Source of the DNA: Stratiformator vulcanicus
GTDB lineage: Bacteria > Planctomycetota > Planctomycetia > Planctomycetales > Planctomycetaceae
Reading direction: 5' to 3'
NCBI RefSeq assembly: GCF_007744515.1
Contig: NZ_CP036268.1
Coordinates: 3,676,088 to 3,740,087 of the forward strand
DNA: 64,000 nt
Made by a program: the position numbers and the translations under genes. Under the pieces are notes generated by a model, which worked only from the letters and a program-made list of their open reading frames with translations, did no database searches and was not told where the DNA came from. Positions 1-10,150 of the stretch are shown one piece after another; the stretch's first letter is position 1; each line of letters starts with the position of its first letter.

Positions 1-317
1 ATCAGGCGCGAGCAGTGGGGATCGACAGGCCGATGATCGCCGGCATCATGCCGATCACCAGTTTTGAGCGCATCAAGAAGATTACTGCGATGTGCGGCGC
101 AATCTTTCCCGTTGACCTGGCGAAGTCGCTCGAGTCGGTCAAAGACGATGACGAGGCGCAATTCGAGATCGGCGTCGATCACGCGATTAAACAGTGCCGC
201 GAATTGATTGAAGCCGGAATCCCGGGCATTCACTTCTATGTGCTGAATAAATCGCAGGCAGCCGAACGCATTCTCGGAGCCCTCGATGTCGCCCCGGCTA
301 TCCCGGCCGGAGTCTAA
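1..317 (+). CDS. metF: methylenetetrahydrofolate reductase, C-terminal fragment (gene begins upstream of the window)
   Basis: ORF 15..317 continues in frame to the window edge; C-terminal MTHFR-like sequence ([25 protein letters not shown]...[20 protein letters not shown]); directly upstream of metH, the usual pathway context. Confidence 0.8.
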   Translation, partial: QARAVGIDRPMIAGIMPITSFERIKKITAMCGAIFPVDLAKSLESVKDDDEAQFEIGVDHAIKQCRELIEAGIPGIHFYVLNKSQAAERILGALDVAPAIPAGV

Positions 318-331
318 GCGGAGGACCGGCT

Positions 332-1156
332 ATGCCTTCACCTTTTCCGGGAATGGACCCGTATCTCCAGTCGCCTCGCCTCTGGCCAGGTTGCCACAAC
401 CGACTGGCAGACGAGATATCATCGCTCCTCAACAAATTGCTCCCGGAAGGCTACTACGCCGACATCGAAATGCGCGAAGAGATCGATATCGTTGGCGACA
501 TCGGGCCGAAACACTTCGTGGCAGACGTGAGCATTCAGCGTGAGAAAACTTTGGTGGATTCTGCAGTCGCTACGGTGCCACGCGCGGAGACCTCAGCTTG
601 CGTCGAACTCGTGCTGGAAACGGAACCAGTTCGATACGCCAACGTGATGATTAAGGAAGCCGATCAACATGCGGTCATCACCAGTATCGAAATCTTGAGC
701 CCGGCGAATAAGAGGCCCGGCCAAGACCGACAGGCTTTCGTGACAAAGCGAGACGAACTGCTCGCCGCCGGAGTTTCGATTCTCGAAATTGATTTGCTTA
801 GAAATGGGCAGAGGACATGGGATCAACCTGTGTTTCAGCAGGCGATTGAAAACCTTGAACCGCGACCGCAGTACATGGTGACCGTCAGCCGAAGTTGGGA
901 CCGCGGTCAGAGATCGAAACTCGCGTTTTACCCTGTGACCCTCCAACAGACGCTCCCGGTTTTGGCCGTTCCGCTTCGGCAATCGGACCCCGACGTCGCC
1001 CTCGACCTTCAATACTGCTTTCGCGAAGCCTATGATTCCGGCCCCTACCGTCGCGGAGCGGTCGATTACACGAAGCCGCCCGAACCTTCACTGCCGGAAC
1101 CGTTGTCCGACTGGGCACGCCGACGGATTGAGCAATGGCGAGATGCCTCGTCCTAA
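332..1156 (+). CDS. DUF4058 family protein (PD-(D/E)xK / restriction-endonuclease-like fold)
   Basis: N-terminus MPSPFPGMDPYLQSPRLWPGCHNRL is the signature start of DUF4058 proteins; EIL..K-type motif (SIEILSPANK) in the middle; 274 aa. Confidence 0.65.
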   Translation: MPSPFPGMDPYLQSPRLWPGCHNRLADEISSLLNKLLPEGYYADIEMREEIDIVGDIGPKHFVADVSIQREKTLVDSAVATVPRAETSACVELVLETEPVRYANVMIKEADQHAVITSIEILSPANKRPGQDRQAFVTKRDELLAAGVSILEIDLLRNGQRTWDQPVFQQAIENLEPRPQYMVTVSRSWDRGQRSKLAFYPVTLQQTLPVLAVPLRQSDPDVALDLQYCFREAYDSGPYRRGAVDYTKPPEPSLPEPLSDWARRRIEQWRDASS

Positions 1157-1239
1157 GATTGCCGCCCTCGTTGCGACGCGTTTGCACTTCACTACTAAGA
1201 TAACCCGCCCACTCTTATAGCAGACTCAGTACACAGGCC

Positions 1240-4200
1240 ATGTCAGTGCGTGCCGAACACAACACATCCGACGTTCTAAAGAACCTGCTCGACGATCGCA
1301 TCCTCTTTATGGACGGTGCGATGGGTTCGATGATTCACGTGTACGGACCGACGGAAGAGGATTACCGGGGCGAACGTTTTAAGAGCCACTCGATCGATCT
1401 GAAGAACGCCAGCGATGTCCTTAATTTCACCCAACCGAGGATGATTGAGGAGATTCATGCCAAGTACTTCGAGGCGGGGTCGGACATCGTTGAGACCAAC
1501 ACGTTCAACGGCAACGTATTGACGATGGAGGAATACGGGCTGGGTGACTTGACATACGAGGTGAATCAAGTCGCGGTGAAGTTGGCCAAGGGCGTTGCGG
1601 ATCACTTCACGAAGAAGAATCCGGACAAGCCGCGGTTTGTGGCGGGATCGATCGGTCCCACAAAGATCATGCTCTCAATGTCGCAGGACGCGAATGACCC
1701 CGGACATCGCTCGCATACTTACGAGCAGATGGTCGACTCGTACTACGAGCAGGTCCGCGGGCTCGTCGATGCGGGAGCCGACCTGCTACTGCCCGAAACG
1801 AGCTTTGACACGCTCAATATGAAGGCATGCCTCTTCGCAATCCGCAAGTACTTTGACGAGTCGGGTCGCGAAATCCCCGTGATGGTCTCGGGCACCGTGT
1901 TCGATACGGGTACGACGCTACAGGGGCAGTCGGTCGAAGGCTTCTTCCGTTCGATCGCACACTTTCCGTCGCTGACAGTCGGCCTCAATTGCGGCGTCGG
2001 CCCGAAGCAGATGAGGAACCAGTTAGAAGCGGTCTCCCGGATCGCCGACCGCCCGATTCACTGCTATCCCAATGCCGGGATGCCTGACGGAATGGGAGGC
2101 TTCGACAGCAACCCGAATGAAGTGGCCGAAGAGTTAGAGGGCTTCGCCCGCGAAGGCTGGGTCAACCTTGTCGGAGGTTGCTGCGGCACGACTCCCGAAT
2201 ACATCGCGAAAATTGTGGAGAAAGTCGGGCCGGTCGCGCCGCGAACGATTCCCGACCTTGATCGACGGTCGAACTATTCCGGCCTGGAGCAATTGGAGAT
2301 TGGTGAAGACTCGACCTTTATGATGGTCGGGGAACGGACGAACGTAACCGGCTCGCGGAAGTTTGCTCGCCTGATTAAAGAGGAGAAGTACGACGAGGCT
2401 GTCGAGGTCGCCCGCGATCAGGTTGAGGGCGGCGCGAACATGATCGACATCAACATGGACGAGGGCCTCATCGACAGCGAAGCGGCAATGACTCGCTTCT
2501 TAAACCTCCTCGCCGGCGAGACCGAAATCTATCGCGTCCCCATTATGATCGATAGTTCCAAGTTCTCGGTCATCGAGGCCGGAATGAAGTGCGTGATGGG
2601 GAAGGGCGTCGTTAATTCGATCAGTCTTAAAGAGGGGGAAGAGAATTTTCTCAAACAAGCCCGACTGATTCGTACTTACGGATTCGCAACGGTCGTGATG
2701 GCCTTTGATGAACAGGGGCAGGCGGTCGAAGCCGATCACAAAGTCGCGATCTGCAAACGGGCGTACAAACTCCTGACCGAAGAAGTCGGCTTCCCACCCG
2801 AAGACATCATTTTCGACCCGAACATCCTCACCGTGGGCACGGGCATGGAGGAACACGCAAACTATGCCGTCGAGTTCTTCGACGCGGTTCGGCGAATTAA
2901 AGAAGAATGCCCGGGAGCCAAGACTTCCGGCGGCGTGAGCAACGTATCCTTCAGCTTCCGCGGCAACAACACCGTCCGCGAAGCAATGAATGCGGCGTTC
3001 TTGTACCACGCCATTGAGGCCGGCCTCGACATGGGCATCGTCAATGCCGGCCAGCTTGAAGTCTACGACGAAATCGACAAGGAACTGCTGGGTTACATCG
3101 AAGACGTCCTTTTGAACCGCCGGCCGGACGCCACCGAACGGCTGATCGAGTTTTCCGAGTCGGTCAAGGAAAAAGCGGCCGGCGGCAACGTGAAGAAAGA
3201 CGAATGGCGTGAAGGCACCGTCGAAGAACGCCTCCAGCATTCGCTGCTCAAAGGCATCGACAAACACATCGAAGTAGACACCGAAGAGGCTCGGCAGAAA
3301 TACGGTCGGCCGCTTAATGTCATCCAAGGCCCACTTATGGATGGCATGAACGTCGTGGGCGAACTGTTCGGTGCCGGAAAAATGTTCCTCCCGCAGGTCG
3401 TGAAATCGGCCCGCGTGATGAAGAAGTCGGTCGCTTATTTAACCCCATTCATGGAGGCCGAAAAAGAAGGCGGTGAAAGTTCAAGCCGAGGTAAAGTCTT
3501 AATTGCCACGGTCCGCGGTGACGTTCATGACATCGGTAAAAATATAGTTTCAGTTGTTCTTAATTGTAACAACTTCGAAGTCATCGACCTCGGCGTCATG
3601 GTACCCACCGACACGATCCTTGATACCGCAATAAAAGAGCAGGTTGATATCATCGGGCTCTCGGGGCTCATTACACCTTCCCTCGATGAAATGGTAGCAG
3701 TTGCGCGAGAAATGCAGCGACGACACATGAACCTCCCGCTCCTGATCGGCGGCGCCACCACAAGCGCCCGCCACACTGCGGTTAAGATTGCGCCGGTCTA
3801 CGACCAACCGACCATCCACGTGATCGATGCCTCGCAGAGCGTCCCCGTCGTCGAAAGACTGCTCGATCCCGACACGCGCGAGAAACTCAACGCCGAAAAC
3901 CTCGACCTACAGGAACGCCACCGCGAAGCCTTTTCCGGACGCCAGCAAAAAAACCTCGTCTCGTACGAACACGCCCTCGACGGCCGTTTTCAAACAAATT
4001 GGGATGAAATCGACATCCCCAAACCGGAGTTCCTCGGACTCCGCACGCTCGAAGACCACCCGCTCGAAGACCTCGTCCCCTACGTCGACTGGTCCCCCTT
4101 CTTCCAAGCGTGGGAACTGCACGGTAAGTACCCCCGTATCCTCGAAGACGACGTCGTCGGCGAAGAAGCCCGCAAGCTCTTCGCCGATGCCGAAGAGATG

Positions 4201-4968
4201 ATGGCGCGAATTCTGAAAGACAAGCCGCTCACCGCCCACGGCGTCTACGGCTTCTGGCCCGCCAACTCCGACGGCGACGACATCATCGTTTGGAAAGACG
4301 AATGCCGCACGACCGAGCAGTGCCGTTTCCCCATGCTCCGTCAGCAGTGGGAACGCCGCGGCCAAAAAGACTTCCGCTCGCTCGCCGATTACGTCGCCCC
4401 GCTCGACTCAGGCCAACCCGATTACATCGGGGCCTTCGCCGTCACGACCGGTCACGGGTGCGATGAACTGGCTAAGAAATTTGAAGCCGAACACGACGAC
4501 TATTCCAGCATCATGGCCAAAGCTCTCGCCGATCGCTGTGCGGAAGCCTTCGCCGAACGCCTTCATAAAATCGCCCGCGATGCGTGGGGCTTCGGCAAAG
4601 AAGAGCAACTTAATAACGATCAATTAATTTCTGAAAAATACCGCGGCATCCGCCCCGCTTTCGGCTACCCCGCCTGCCCGGATCACCTTCCCAAAGGAAC
4701 GCTCTGGGAATTGCTCCGGCCCGAAGAACACTGCGGAATGACATTAACCGAAAGCTTCGCCATGTATCCCGCCGCCAGCGTCAGCGGGCTCTACTTCGGC
4801 CACCCGAAAGCCCGCTACTTCAGCGTCGACCGCGTCACCAAGGATCAGGTCGAATCATATGCCGCCCGCTGCGGCCAATCAGTCAAATATATGGAAAAAT
4901 GGCTCGCCCCCAACCTCGGCTACGAACCCGGCCAAACCCCAGCCCCCACCGAACCAACCCCCGCTTGA
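1240..4968 (+). CDS. metH: cobalamin-dependent methionine synthase
   Basis: 1242 aa. N-terminal homocysteine S-methyltransferase domain, pterin-binding domain, B12-binding region ([32 protein letters not shown]) and C-terminal AdoMet reactivation domain. Confidence 0.97.
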   Translation: MSVRAEHNTSDVLKNLLDDRILFMDGAMGSMIHVYGPTEEDYRGERFKSHSIDLKNASDVLNFTQPRMIEEIHAKYFEAGSDIVETNTFNGNVLTMEEYGLGDLTYEVNQVAVKLAKGVADHFTKKNPDKPRFVAGSIGPTKIMLSMSQDANDPGHRSHTYEQMVDSYYEQVRGLVDAGADLLLPETSFDTLNMKACLFAIRKYFDESGREIPVMVSGTVFDTGTTLQGQSVEGFFRSIAHFPSLTVGLNCGVGPKQMRNQLEAVSRIADRPIHCYPNAGMPDGMGGFDSNPNEVAEELEGFAREGWVNLVGGCCGTTPEYIAKIVEKVGPVAPRTIPDLDRRSNYSGLEQLEIGEDSTFMMVGERTNVTGSRKFARLIKEEKYDEAVEVARDQVEGGANMIDINMDEGLIDSEAAMTRFLNLLAGETEIYRVPIMIDSSKFSVIEAGMKCVMGKGVVNSISLKEGEENFLKQARLIRTYGFATVVMAFDEQGQAVEADHKVAICKRAYKLLTEEVGFPPEDIIFDPNILTVGTGMEEHANYAVEFFDAVRRIKEECPGAKTSGGVSNVSFSFRGNNTVREAMNAAFLYHAIEAGLDMGIVNAGQLEVYDEIDKELLGYIEDVLLNRRPDATERLIEFSESVKEKAAGGNVKKDEWREGTVEERLQHSLLKGIDKHIEVDTEEARQKYGRPLNVIQGPLMDGMNVVGELFGAGKMFLPQVVKSARVMKKSVAYLTPFMEAEKEGGESSSRGKVLIATVRGDVHDIGKNIVSVVLNCNNFEVIDLGVMVPTDTILDTAIKEQVDIIGLSGLITPSLDEMVAVAREMQRRHMNLPLLIGGATTSARHTAVKIAPVYDQPTIHVIDASQSVPVVERLLDPDTREKLNAENLDLQERHREAFSGRQQKNLVSYEHALDGRFQTNWDEIDIPKPEFLGLRTLEDHPLEDLVPYVDWSPFFQAWELHGKYPRILEDDVVGEEARKLFADAEEMMARILKDKPLTAHGVYGFWPANSDGDDIIVWKDECRTTEQCRFPMLRQQWERRGQKDFRSLADYVAPLDSGQPDYIGAFAVTTGHGCDELAKKFEAEHDDYSSIMAKALADRCAEAFAERLHKIARDAWGFGKEEQLNNDQLISEKYRGIRPAFGYPACPDHLPKGTLWELLRPEEHCGMTLTESFAMYPAASVSGLYFGHPKARYFSVDRVTKDQVESYAARCGQSVKYMEKWLAPNLGYEPGQTPAPTEPTPA

Positions 4969-5735
4969 GCCCACCCGTTGAGCCGCGCCCGACAGGAAGC
5001 GCGCCTTCCCAAACAATTGAACACGCAATCGCAAATACCCGTCACCGGTTGCGCGGGCACTATATAGATTCGCTTCGCGAATCGGGTGAGCGTTGAGAGT
5101 CAAAGGGTTAGAGAAGTTGTTTCTCTCTCACCTCTCATCCCTAAACTCTTAACGGCGAGCGTAGAGCCCCGATCCTCAACCCACCTACAAGCCCAGGCTC
5201 CTGAGAGCCGCGGACTGATCGATTTCCATGCCCCCCATCCCGCGGAGGATGCGATTGATCAGACGCCTCCCCCCGCGCTCGATCGGCGTCTCTCAGGAGA
5301 CGCGGCTTGTGCGACGCTTCTCACAGTTCGCTCAACCCATACGCTCCGAGCATCGCGGCGTCGAGAACATCTTGAATCTCGTTCAGGACCGAGACGAGCC
5401 CCTGCTCGCGAATCGTTTTCTCTTTTGCAGTCAATTTCATCTCTACTCCCTGGGGAGAAGATGCCCGCAGGGCAGATGAGGGGATCGCGGGGGCGTTCAT
5501 CTCGCCGCCATCGCCAAGCGCGTTCTCCCGCCCGCCGCCAGAGCTTCCAACAATGTCGGCGGGATCACCGCCCCCGTAGCCCCTCACCCGGTCCTCCGGA
5601 CCGCCCTCTCCCGAGGGAGAGGGCACGAGTGCGGCCCCTTCTTCGGTTCGACTTCGCCCCCGGACACCAGCCCGAAGCGCAAGCGAGGGATTCCGCTCTC
5701 GACCCCGTCTTACCCAAGGAACCCTCACCGCCGCC

Positions 5736-5759
5736 GGTCCCTTGCTCGCGCTGCGGGCT
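5736..5759. repeat. 24-nt exact repeat, copy 1 (ggtcccttgctcgcgctgcgggct); second copy at 62605..62628
   Basis: Identical 24-mer occurs twice in the window, both in non-coding DNA; the flanks are partly similar (cttgtttg...tgtgat). Confidence 0.7.
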
Positions 5760-6146
5760 AGTAAAACCCTCACGCTCAACCGCCCGAAGTTTTTCGAGGA
5801 AGTTATACATCGTTCCTCACGAGCGCCTGATGCTGGGGCACCTCCGCCCGCACCTCGAATTAACCGAGTACTCCGACTGTTGGCGCAACGATATCAAGAT
5901 TTAGGCCCATTGGGGGCACGAGCGCGAGATGTGTTTTTCAGTCCACTTATGGAGCCTCTCCATCGGGCGGCGAGGGTTCCAGTCAATGGTCCATTCATAG
6001 GGAGGGTGGCCATGAAGCCGCGACTGGTAAGGAGCGGATCATCTGGAGGCAGCGATCTCTATTGCACCGATGGCGGCTCGCCTCTGATCCGCTTCCTGCC
6101 GGGCGCGGCTGCAAGTAAACCACAGCTATCGTTTTTTGAGAAGTAA

Positions 6147-6193
6147 GGCACCGCCACACACAAGCTGCCGCAGGCCTAAACACACGAAGTGTG
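6147..6193. repeat. 47-nt direct repeat, copy 1 (ggcaccgcc..aagctgccgcaggc..aaacacacgaagtgtg); contains internal palindrome cacac-gaa-gtgtg
   Basis: About 85 % identical to 6244..6290, period 97 bp, immediately upstream of the HEAR-domain gene. Confidence 0.7.
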
Positions 6194-6243
6194 ATCCGCT
6201 TACTCCGTGCGCGGCTTGTTTGTGTGATATTCAATTTCGCGAA

Positions 6244-6290
6244 GGCACCGCCGCGCCCAAGCTGCCGCAGGCACAAACACACGAAGTGTG
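6244..6290. repeat. 47-nt direct repeat, copy 2
   Basis: Same core aagctgccgcaggc[ac/ct]aaacacacgaagtgtg as copy 1; ends 56 nt before the ATG at 6346. Confidence 0.7.
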
Positions 6291-6345
6291 CGCAACCAAG
6301 TGGGAAAGGGTGGATAGACTTTTTCTCGAAGAGGGGTTGTGTGTA

Positions 6346-7023
6346 ATGGCTAAACGACGAAATCCGCAGCCGGTCGACTTGCCGACGGAGCGTTTGGAGA
6401 TCGTGCATCGGCTGGTGGTGTTTGCGGAGGGGCGGGATCCCGCGGACGTGACGGTGGAGCGATTCACGGAGGAGACGGGAATTAATAATCGCCGCATTTA
6501 CCGACATTTTAAGAGCTGGCTCGACCTGCGGGAGGAAGCGGGGCTGCCTCGGCGGGTGGCCGGGCGGCGGCAGTATTCCGACGACGAATTAATGATCGAA
6601 TATTACAGCCTGACGCTCAAATTGCGTCGGCTGCCGACGTTTGCGGAAATTAATCAGCACGCGCGAATGTCGGATAATCCGTTTCGCAATCGTTTCGGGT
6701 CGATGGACACGATCCAGCGGAAATTCCGCAAGTGGTTGAAAACGGCAAGGAAGGACTTAAATGAAATGGAAATGCATGGGGAGGCAGCCCCGGACGATGG
6801 CGGGGCGAGGTTGGTCTTTCAGCGCTGGTCGGCGTTAAAGCCCGGGTTCGCCCTCAAGTCGAGCGAGTATCGCACGGGCGAACGGATCGACCGGCACCAC
6901 ATCGATTTTCTCGTCGTAATGGATCACGACTGGCCGGGCTGCCCGTGGCCGGTCGTGTTGTTGGGCAATGTGTGGCGCGGGCAGGTCGCGTCCGAAGACG
7001 ACGAGTCGACGCGACAGGGGTGA
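6346..7023 (+). CDS. HEAR (homing-endonuclease-associated repeat) domain protein, two HEAR repeats, no recognisable nuclease domain
   Basis: Two copies of the HEAR-like pattern (..TVERFTEETGINNRRIYRHFKSWLDLREEAGL.. and ..YSDDELMIEYYSLTLKLRRLPTFAEINQHARMSDNPFRNRFGSMDTIQRKFRKWL..). Start chosen at the ATG at 6346, preceded by a purine-rich gaggggttgtgtgta; the upstream part of track ORF 6136..7023 is low-complexity. Confidence 0.6.
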   Translation: MAKRRNPQPVDLPTERLEIVHRLVVFAEGRDPADVTVERFTEETGINNRRIYRHFKSWLDLREEAGLPRRVAGRRQYSDDELMIEYYSLTLKLRRLPTFAEINQHARMSDNPFRNRFGSMDTIQRKFRKWLKTARKDLNEMEMHGEAAPDDGGARLVFQRWSALKPGFALKSSEYRTGERIDRHHIDFLVVMDHDWPGCPWPVVLLGNVWRGQVASEDDESTRQG

Positions 7024-7189
7024 TGATCGCTGCGCCGGAACCCGAATCGTCTTGCGAACAGTAATTGGGGGGCGTAGTTTGGAGTGCCCATTTGATCGGT
7101 CTGTCAAACGGGCGGCGTGCGGGGTCGCCGAGCTGCGCACCTGAGTTGAGCGACCGATCCATTCGAACTCTCGGCAGGAGATTTTTCTG

Positions 7190-7729
7190 ATGTACGGCGT
7201 GATGCGGTTTGCCGCTGTGTTCTGTTGCCTTAGCCCGCTTGCTCACGCCCAGCTTGGAGGCGAATCGGGAGCGACCGACGGACCGGTCAGCGTGGAAGAC
7301 GGTCAGGTAATCGATTCGAGCCCGATCCTGCAGGAGCAGGAGAACAATCTCGGCATCTTCCCGAAAGATGATCCGAAGAATAAGAAAAAGGACAACACCG
7401 AGCCGGGCGCGTCAGATCGTCATTTCATGTCGCTCTCTGAGGCGGCCGACTCGGTCAAGACTGCGCCGCAGCAATGGGACTATTTTCGCCACGTGAATCT
7501 GGCCGCCGATCACCTGCGAGCGGCAACCTTCCATTTGCATCAAGCCGGGCATCACAAGCTGGCCACGGCTTTGGAGAAAAGGCTCGCCGAAGGTGATCTC
7601 GATGCCACGCGGGACGGCAAGTCAGGCGATGCCGACGAGAGCGATCCGTCCAAGCCGCCGAAAAAATTGACTGCCGACGAAGCCGATCAGGAGATTCAAC
7701 AGTTAATCGACAGCACCAAAGGCGACTGA
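7190..7729 (+). CDS. secreted hypothetical protein (signal peptide, charged low-complexity)
   Basis: N-terminal signal peptide MYGVMRFAAVFCCLSPLAHAQ; followed by a hairpin terminator. Confidence 0.55.
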   Translation: MYGVMRFAAVFCCLSPLAHAQLGGESGATDGPVSVEDGQVIDSSPILQEQENNLGIFPKDDPKNKKKDNTEPGASDRHFMSLSEAADSVKTAPQQWDYFRHVNLAADHLRAATFHLHQAGHHKLATALEKRLAEGDLDATRDGKSGDADESDPSKPPKKLTADEADQEIQQLIDSTKGD

Positions 7730-7803
7730 TTGTCGATAGCACGGTGATTCCAATCGTCGCCGGACCTGCTGCAACTGTCGCGAATTAATTCGATCTCAAA
7801 TTA

Positions 7804-7839
7804 AAACGGGGTCGCCGCTTAATTGCGGCGTCCCCGTTT
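7804..7839. terminator. bidirectional intrinsic terminator hairpin (aaacggggtcgccgc-ttaatt-gcggcgtccccgttt)
   Basis: 15-bp near-perfect stem with T/A-rich flanks on both strands, between convergent genes 7190..7729(+) and 7915..9855(-). Confidence 0.55.
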
Positions 7840-7914
7840 CGTATTCACCAATAGTCGTTTAACGCACTAGGCAAGCCATGCGGCTTCTTAATTGACCACC
7901 GAGTCCGCTTGCAA

Positions 7915-9855
7915 TTATTGGATTCCACCGGCGGTCACGAGCGAAATACCAAGAGCGTTGAGGCCATTGGCCGAACGTTGAACATAACTGGGGAATTTGT
8001 TCCGCACAAAAAATCCAGCATCGGGTTTCTTTTGTCGAAAAGAGGCCATTGCTTCGCCCGCCGGTTTATCGTCGGTGCGTAAATAGGCTGGTGCAGTCTT
8101 ATACTTACTGCTTCGGCTCCAGGCGGTCTCTCCGCCGGCAACAATTTTGATACTGAGATCGTACACCGGCATGCTGAACGTCTCACCAGGGCCATCGGGT
8201 CGCGCGAACGAACGGAGCGGAGGCCCGAGTCGGCTCTGAGTCTTGTAGTAGGTCACGTCTTCATTGCCGGCCGACGTCGCGCTGGCAACGACTTGCACAT
8301 TTGCATTCGGCGTGACGCGGAATCCGGCATTCTCCAAGTTCTCTTTGATCGCGGCTTCGACTGCCGACACCGACTCGGCCGCTCGAACGTTCGAGACGTC
8401 GATTGAAACCTCTGACCCGGGTTTCAGTACAAAAAGCGTCGGATCATTGGCCGCGACTTCAAGTGCTTTCAGCGCCGCCGGATGAGGGAGCTTGCCGCCG
8501 TAGATCACTTCCGTCTTCGAACGGTAGTCCTTAATTACGAACCACGTCAGCCCGCCAACTGTAAACACGGCTTCTTTGGAGCCGGAGTAATTCCAGAGCG
8601 CGATGCGGCTTTCAGTGTCATAGACAATTGAATCCTTAATCATCAGATACCGGTTGTCGAGCATCAAAAGACCCCGCGTCGAGTGATCATCCGGATCAAT
8701 TGAGGCGACCAGGTCACCGGTCCGAAAATCCCAGATATGCACGTCTCGAACGCCGGCAGCGACAAGTCTTTCCCCAGAGGGAGAAAACGTCAGCCTGGAA
8801 TTTCCGATTTCCACCTTCGGTATTGAAGCGACTGTTACGCGGCGCTCCAGATCGATAACCAACAGATGCTTTTTGGGCGCCACAACGAGATATCGCCCGC
8901 CAGGACTGACCGCAATCGCGTCGCTATCTACTGATGGTAACCTGGCCAAAGGACTAAATTTAATGCCATCCCAGATAATTAGTTCGTTCGCCTTCCCGAT
9001 CGTCAAAAAGGTGTCCCCGGCACCATAAGCCCCCCATTCAATGTCGCGACGGGTAAAAAGTTCTTGTTGATAAGGTTCGGAAATGAATTCACGCGAAATC
9101 TTACTCCCAGAAATATCCCACTGCTCCAAACGGGCCGCGTTGCCGAAGCCCCTTCCTTCGCTGCGGACGAGGATTTTATGTCCGGTCTCGTCGATTGCTA
9201 GCGGGACACATTCCGAATCTTCAACTAAGGAACGCGTCATCCGTCCTTCTTTGAGATCGCAAATTTCCAGTCGAGTCGATTTGCTGACACGGTCGGCGAA
9301 TCCATCATGCGTGTAGCCCAACAGCAATGTCGCGGACTTTGAGCTGATCAGCGTCGCCTGGTGCTTCTCGAAGGCATCACGTCTGGGCGGCGTTGTAATC
9401 GGACGACCACCGCGTACCGTCACCCGCGGCTGAGGATCGGGTTCGAGCGACCACCTGGTCTCGATCGGGTCGGTATTGAGTTCGGGCACCTCTTGCAGAT
9501 CGAATTGAACGTATTTCAGGTCGTTCGACGATCCGCCGGAAGAGTCATTCGAATTACCACTGTCGTCGACGGGGGCGAACGGATTCTCGACCATCGCTTT
9601 TGCCGCACGTTCAGCGAAATCGCGGTCCGCAGCACTGAGTTGAGATAGCTTGACTTCAAATTCTTTGCCGGAAGGTTGCTCCAGCGTGACGGTCTGATCG
9701 ACCAGTTTGACGAACTTGCCTTCCAGATCGAATCGTCCGGTCGCGTCTTTCCACGTTCGCTGCTGGTCGAATTCACCGGCCGCCGCCGGCGTCGCCAATG
9801 CCACCACGAAGATGAAAGCGAGCGATGTCGAGAATGCGCGAAAACAATGTGACAT
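7915..9855 (-). CDS. secreted protein with SHD1 (SLA1-homology) domain and beta-propeller-like repeats
   Basis: Start moved to internal MSHCFRAFSTSLAFIFVVALATPAAAGE (signal peptide) at 9855; SHD1-like segment WKDATGRFDLEGKFVKLVDQTVTLEQPSGKEFEVKLSQLSAADRDFAERAAK; repeated beta-strand-rich units downstream. Confidence 0.6.
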   Translation of the reverse strand: MSHCFRAFSTSLAFIFVVALATPAAAGEFDQQRTWKDATGRFDLEGKFVKLVDQTVTLEQPSGKEFEVKLSQLSAADRDFAERAAKAMVENPFAPVDDSGNSNDSSGGSSNDLKYVQFDLQEVPELNTDPIETRWSLEPDPQPRVTVRGGRPITTPPRRDAFEKHQATLISSKSATLLLGYTHDGFADRVSKSTRLEICDLKEGRMTRSLVEDSECVPLAIDETGHKILVRSEGRGFGNAARLEQWDISGSKISREFISEPYQQELFTRRDIEWGAYGAGDTFLTIGKANELIIWDGIKFSPLARLPSVDSDAIAVSPGGRYLVVAPKKHLLVIDLERRVTVASIPKVEIGNSRLTFSPSGERLVAAGVRDVHIWDFRTGDLVASIDPDDHSTRGLLMLDNRYLMIKDSIVYDTESRIALWNYSGSKEAVFTVGGLTWFVIKDYRSKTEVIYGGKLPHPAALKALEVAANDPTLFVLKPGSEVSIDVSNVRAAESVSAVEAAIKENLENAGFRVTPNANVQVVASATSAGNEDVTYYKTQSRLGPPLRSFARPDGPGETFSMPVYDLSIKIVAGGETAWSRSSKYKTAPAYLRTDDKPAGEAMASFRQKKPDAGFFVRNKFPSYVQRSANGLNALGISLVTAGGIQ

Positions 9856-10150
9856 CAGTGTTCTTCCAGTTTGTGATCGAAACGAAGTTTGGCTGACCGG
9901 GCAAATTAGACCTGAATGGCCCAAATGAACATGACTTGAACGCATTTGACCACCAGTGAATCCAGAGACTAAATAGCGCTGAGCGATCAAGCAACCGGGA
10001 GCGTGGCTCGCTTGAAATATTTCGCAGCATCACGGCCACTCGCCCCGAAATCGTGCAACTCGGACGAAAACTTTGCGAAGCCAGTGCCCTCAAGCCATCC
10101 GGACACTACAATGCGTCATTCGAGTTGGATCACTAATGAGGAGAAATATA

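Noticed and set aside
3907-4365. Antisense ORFs inside metH (and similar ones inside flotillin, e.g. 31332..31826(+) and 31856..32431(-))
   Set aside because: They lie entirely within strongly supported genes on the opposite strand; their biased composition is a mirror of the sense codon usage.
5086-5904. 272-aa ORF, with overlapping ORFs 5321..5779(-), 5565..5810(-) and 5742..6146(+)
   Set aside because: Arg/Pro/Ser/Gly-rich low-complexity translations in all frames of a very GC-rich segment; no domain-like sequence; mutually overlapping. These are frames through non-coding DNA.
6147-6290. Possible CRISPR array
   Set aside because: Only two imperfect copies (about 85 % identity) of a 47-nt unit with a roughly 50-nt spacer and no cas genes nearby. 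This is better described as a direct-repeat pair or operator duplication.
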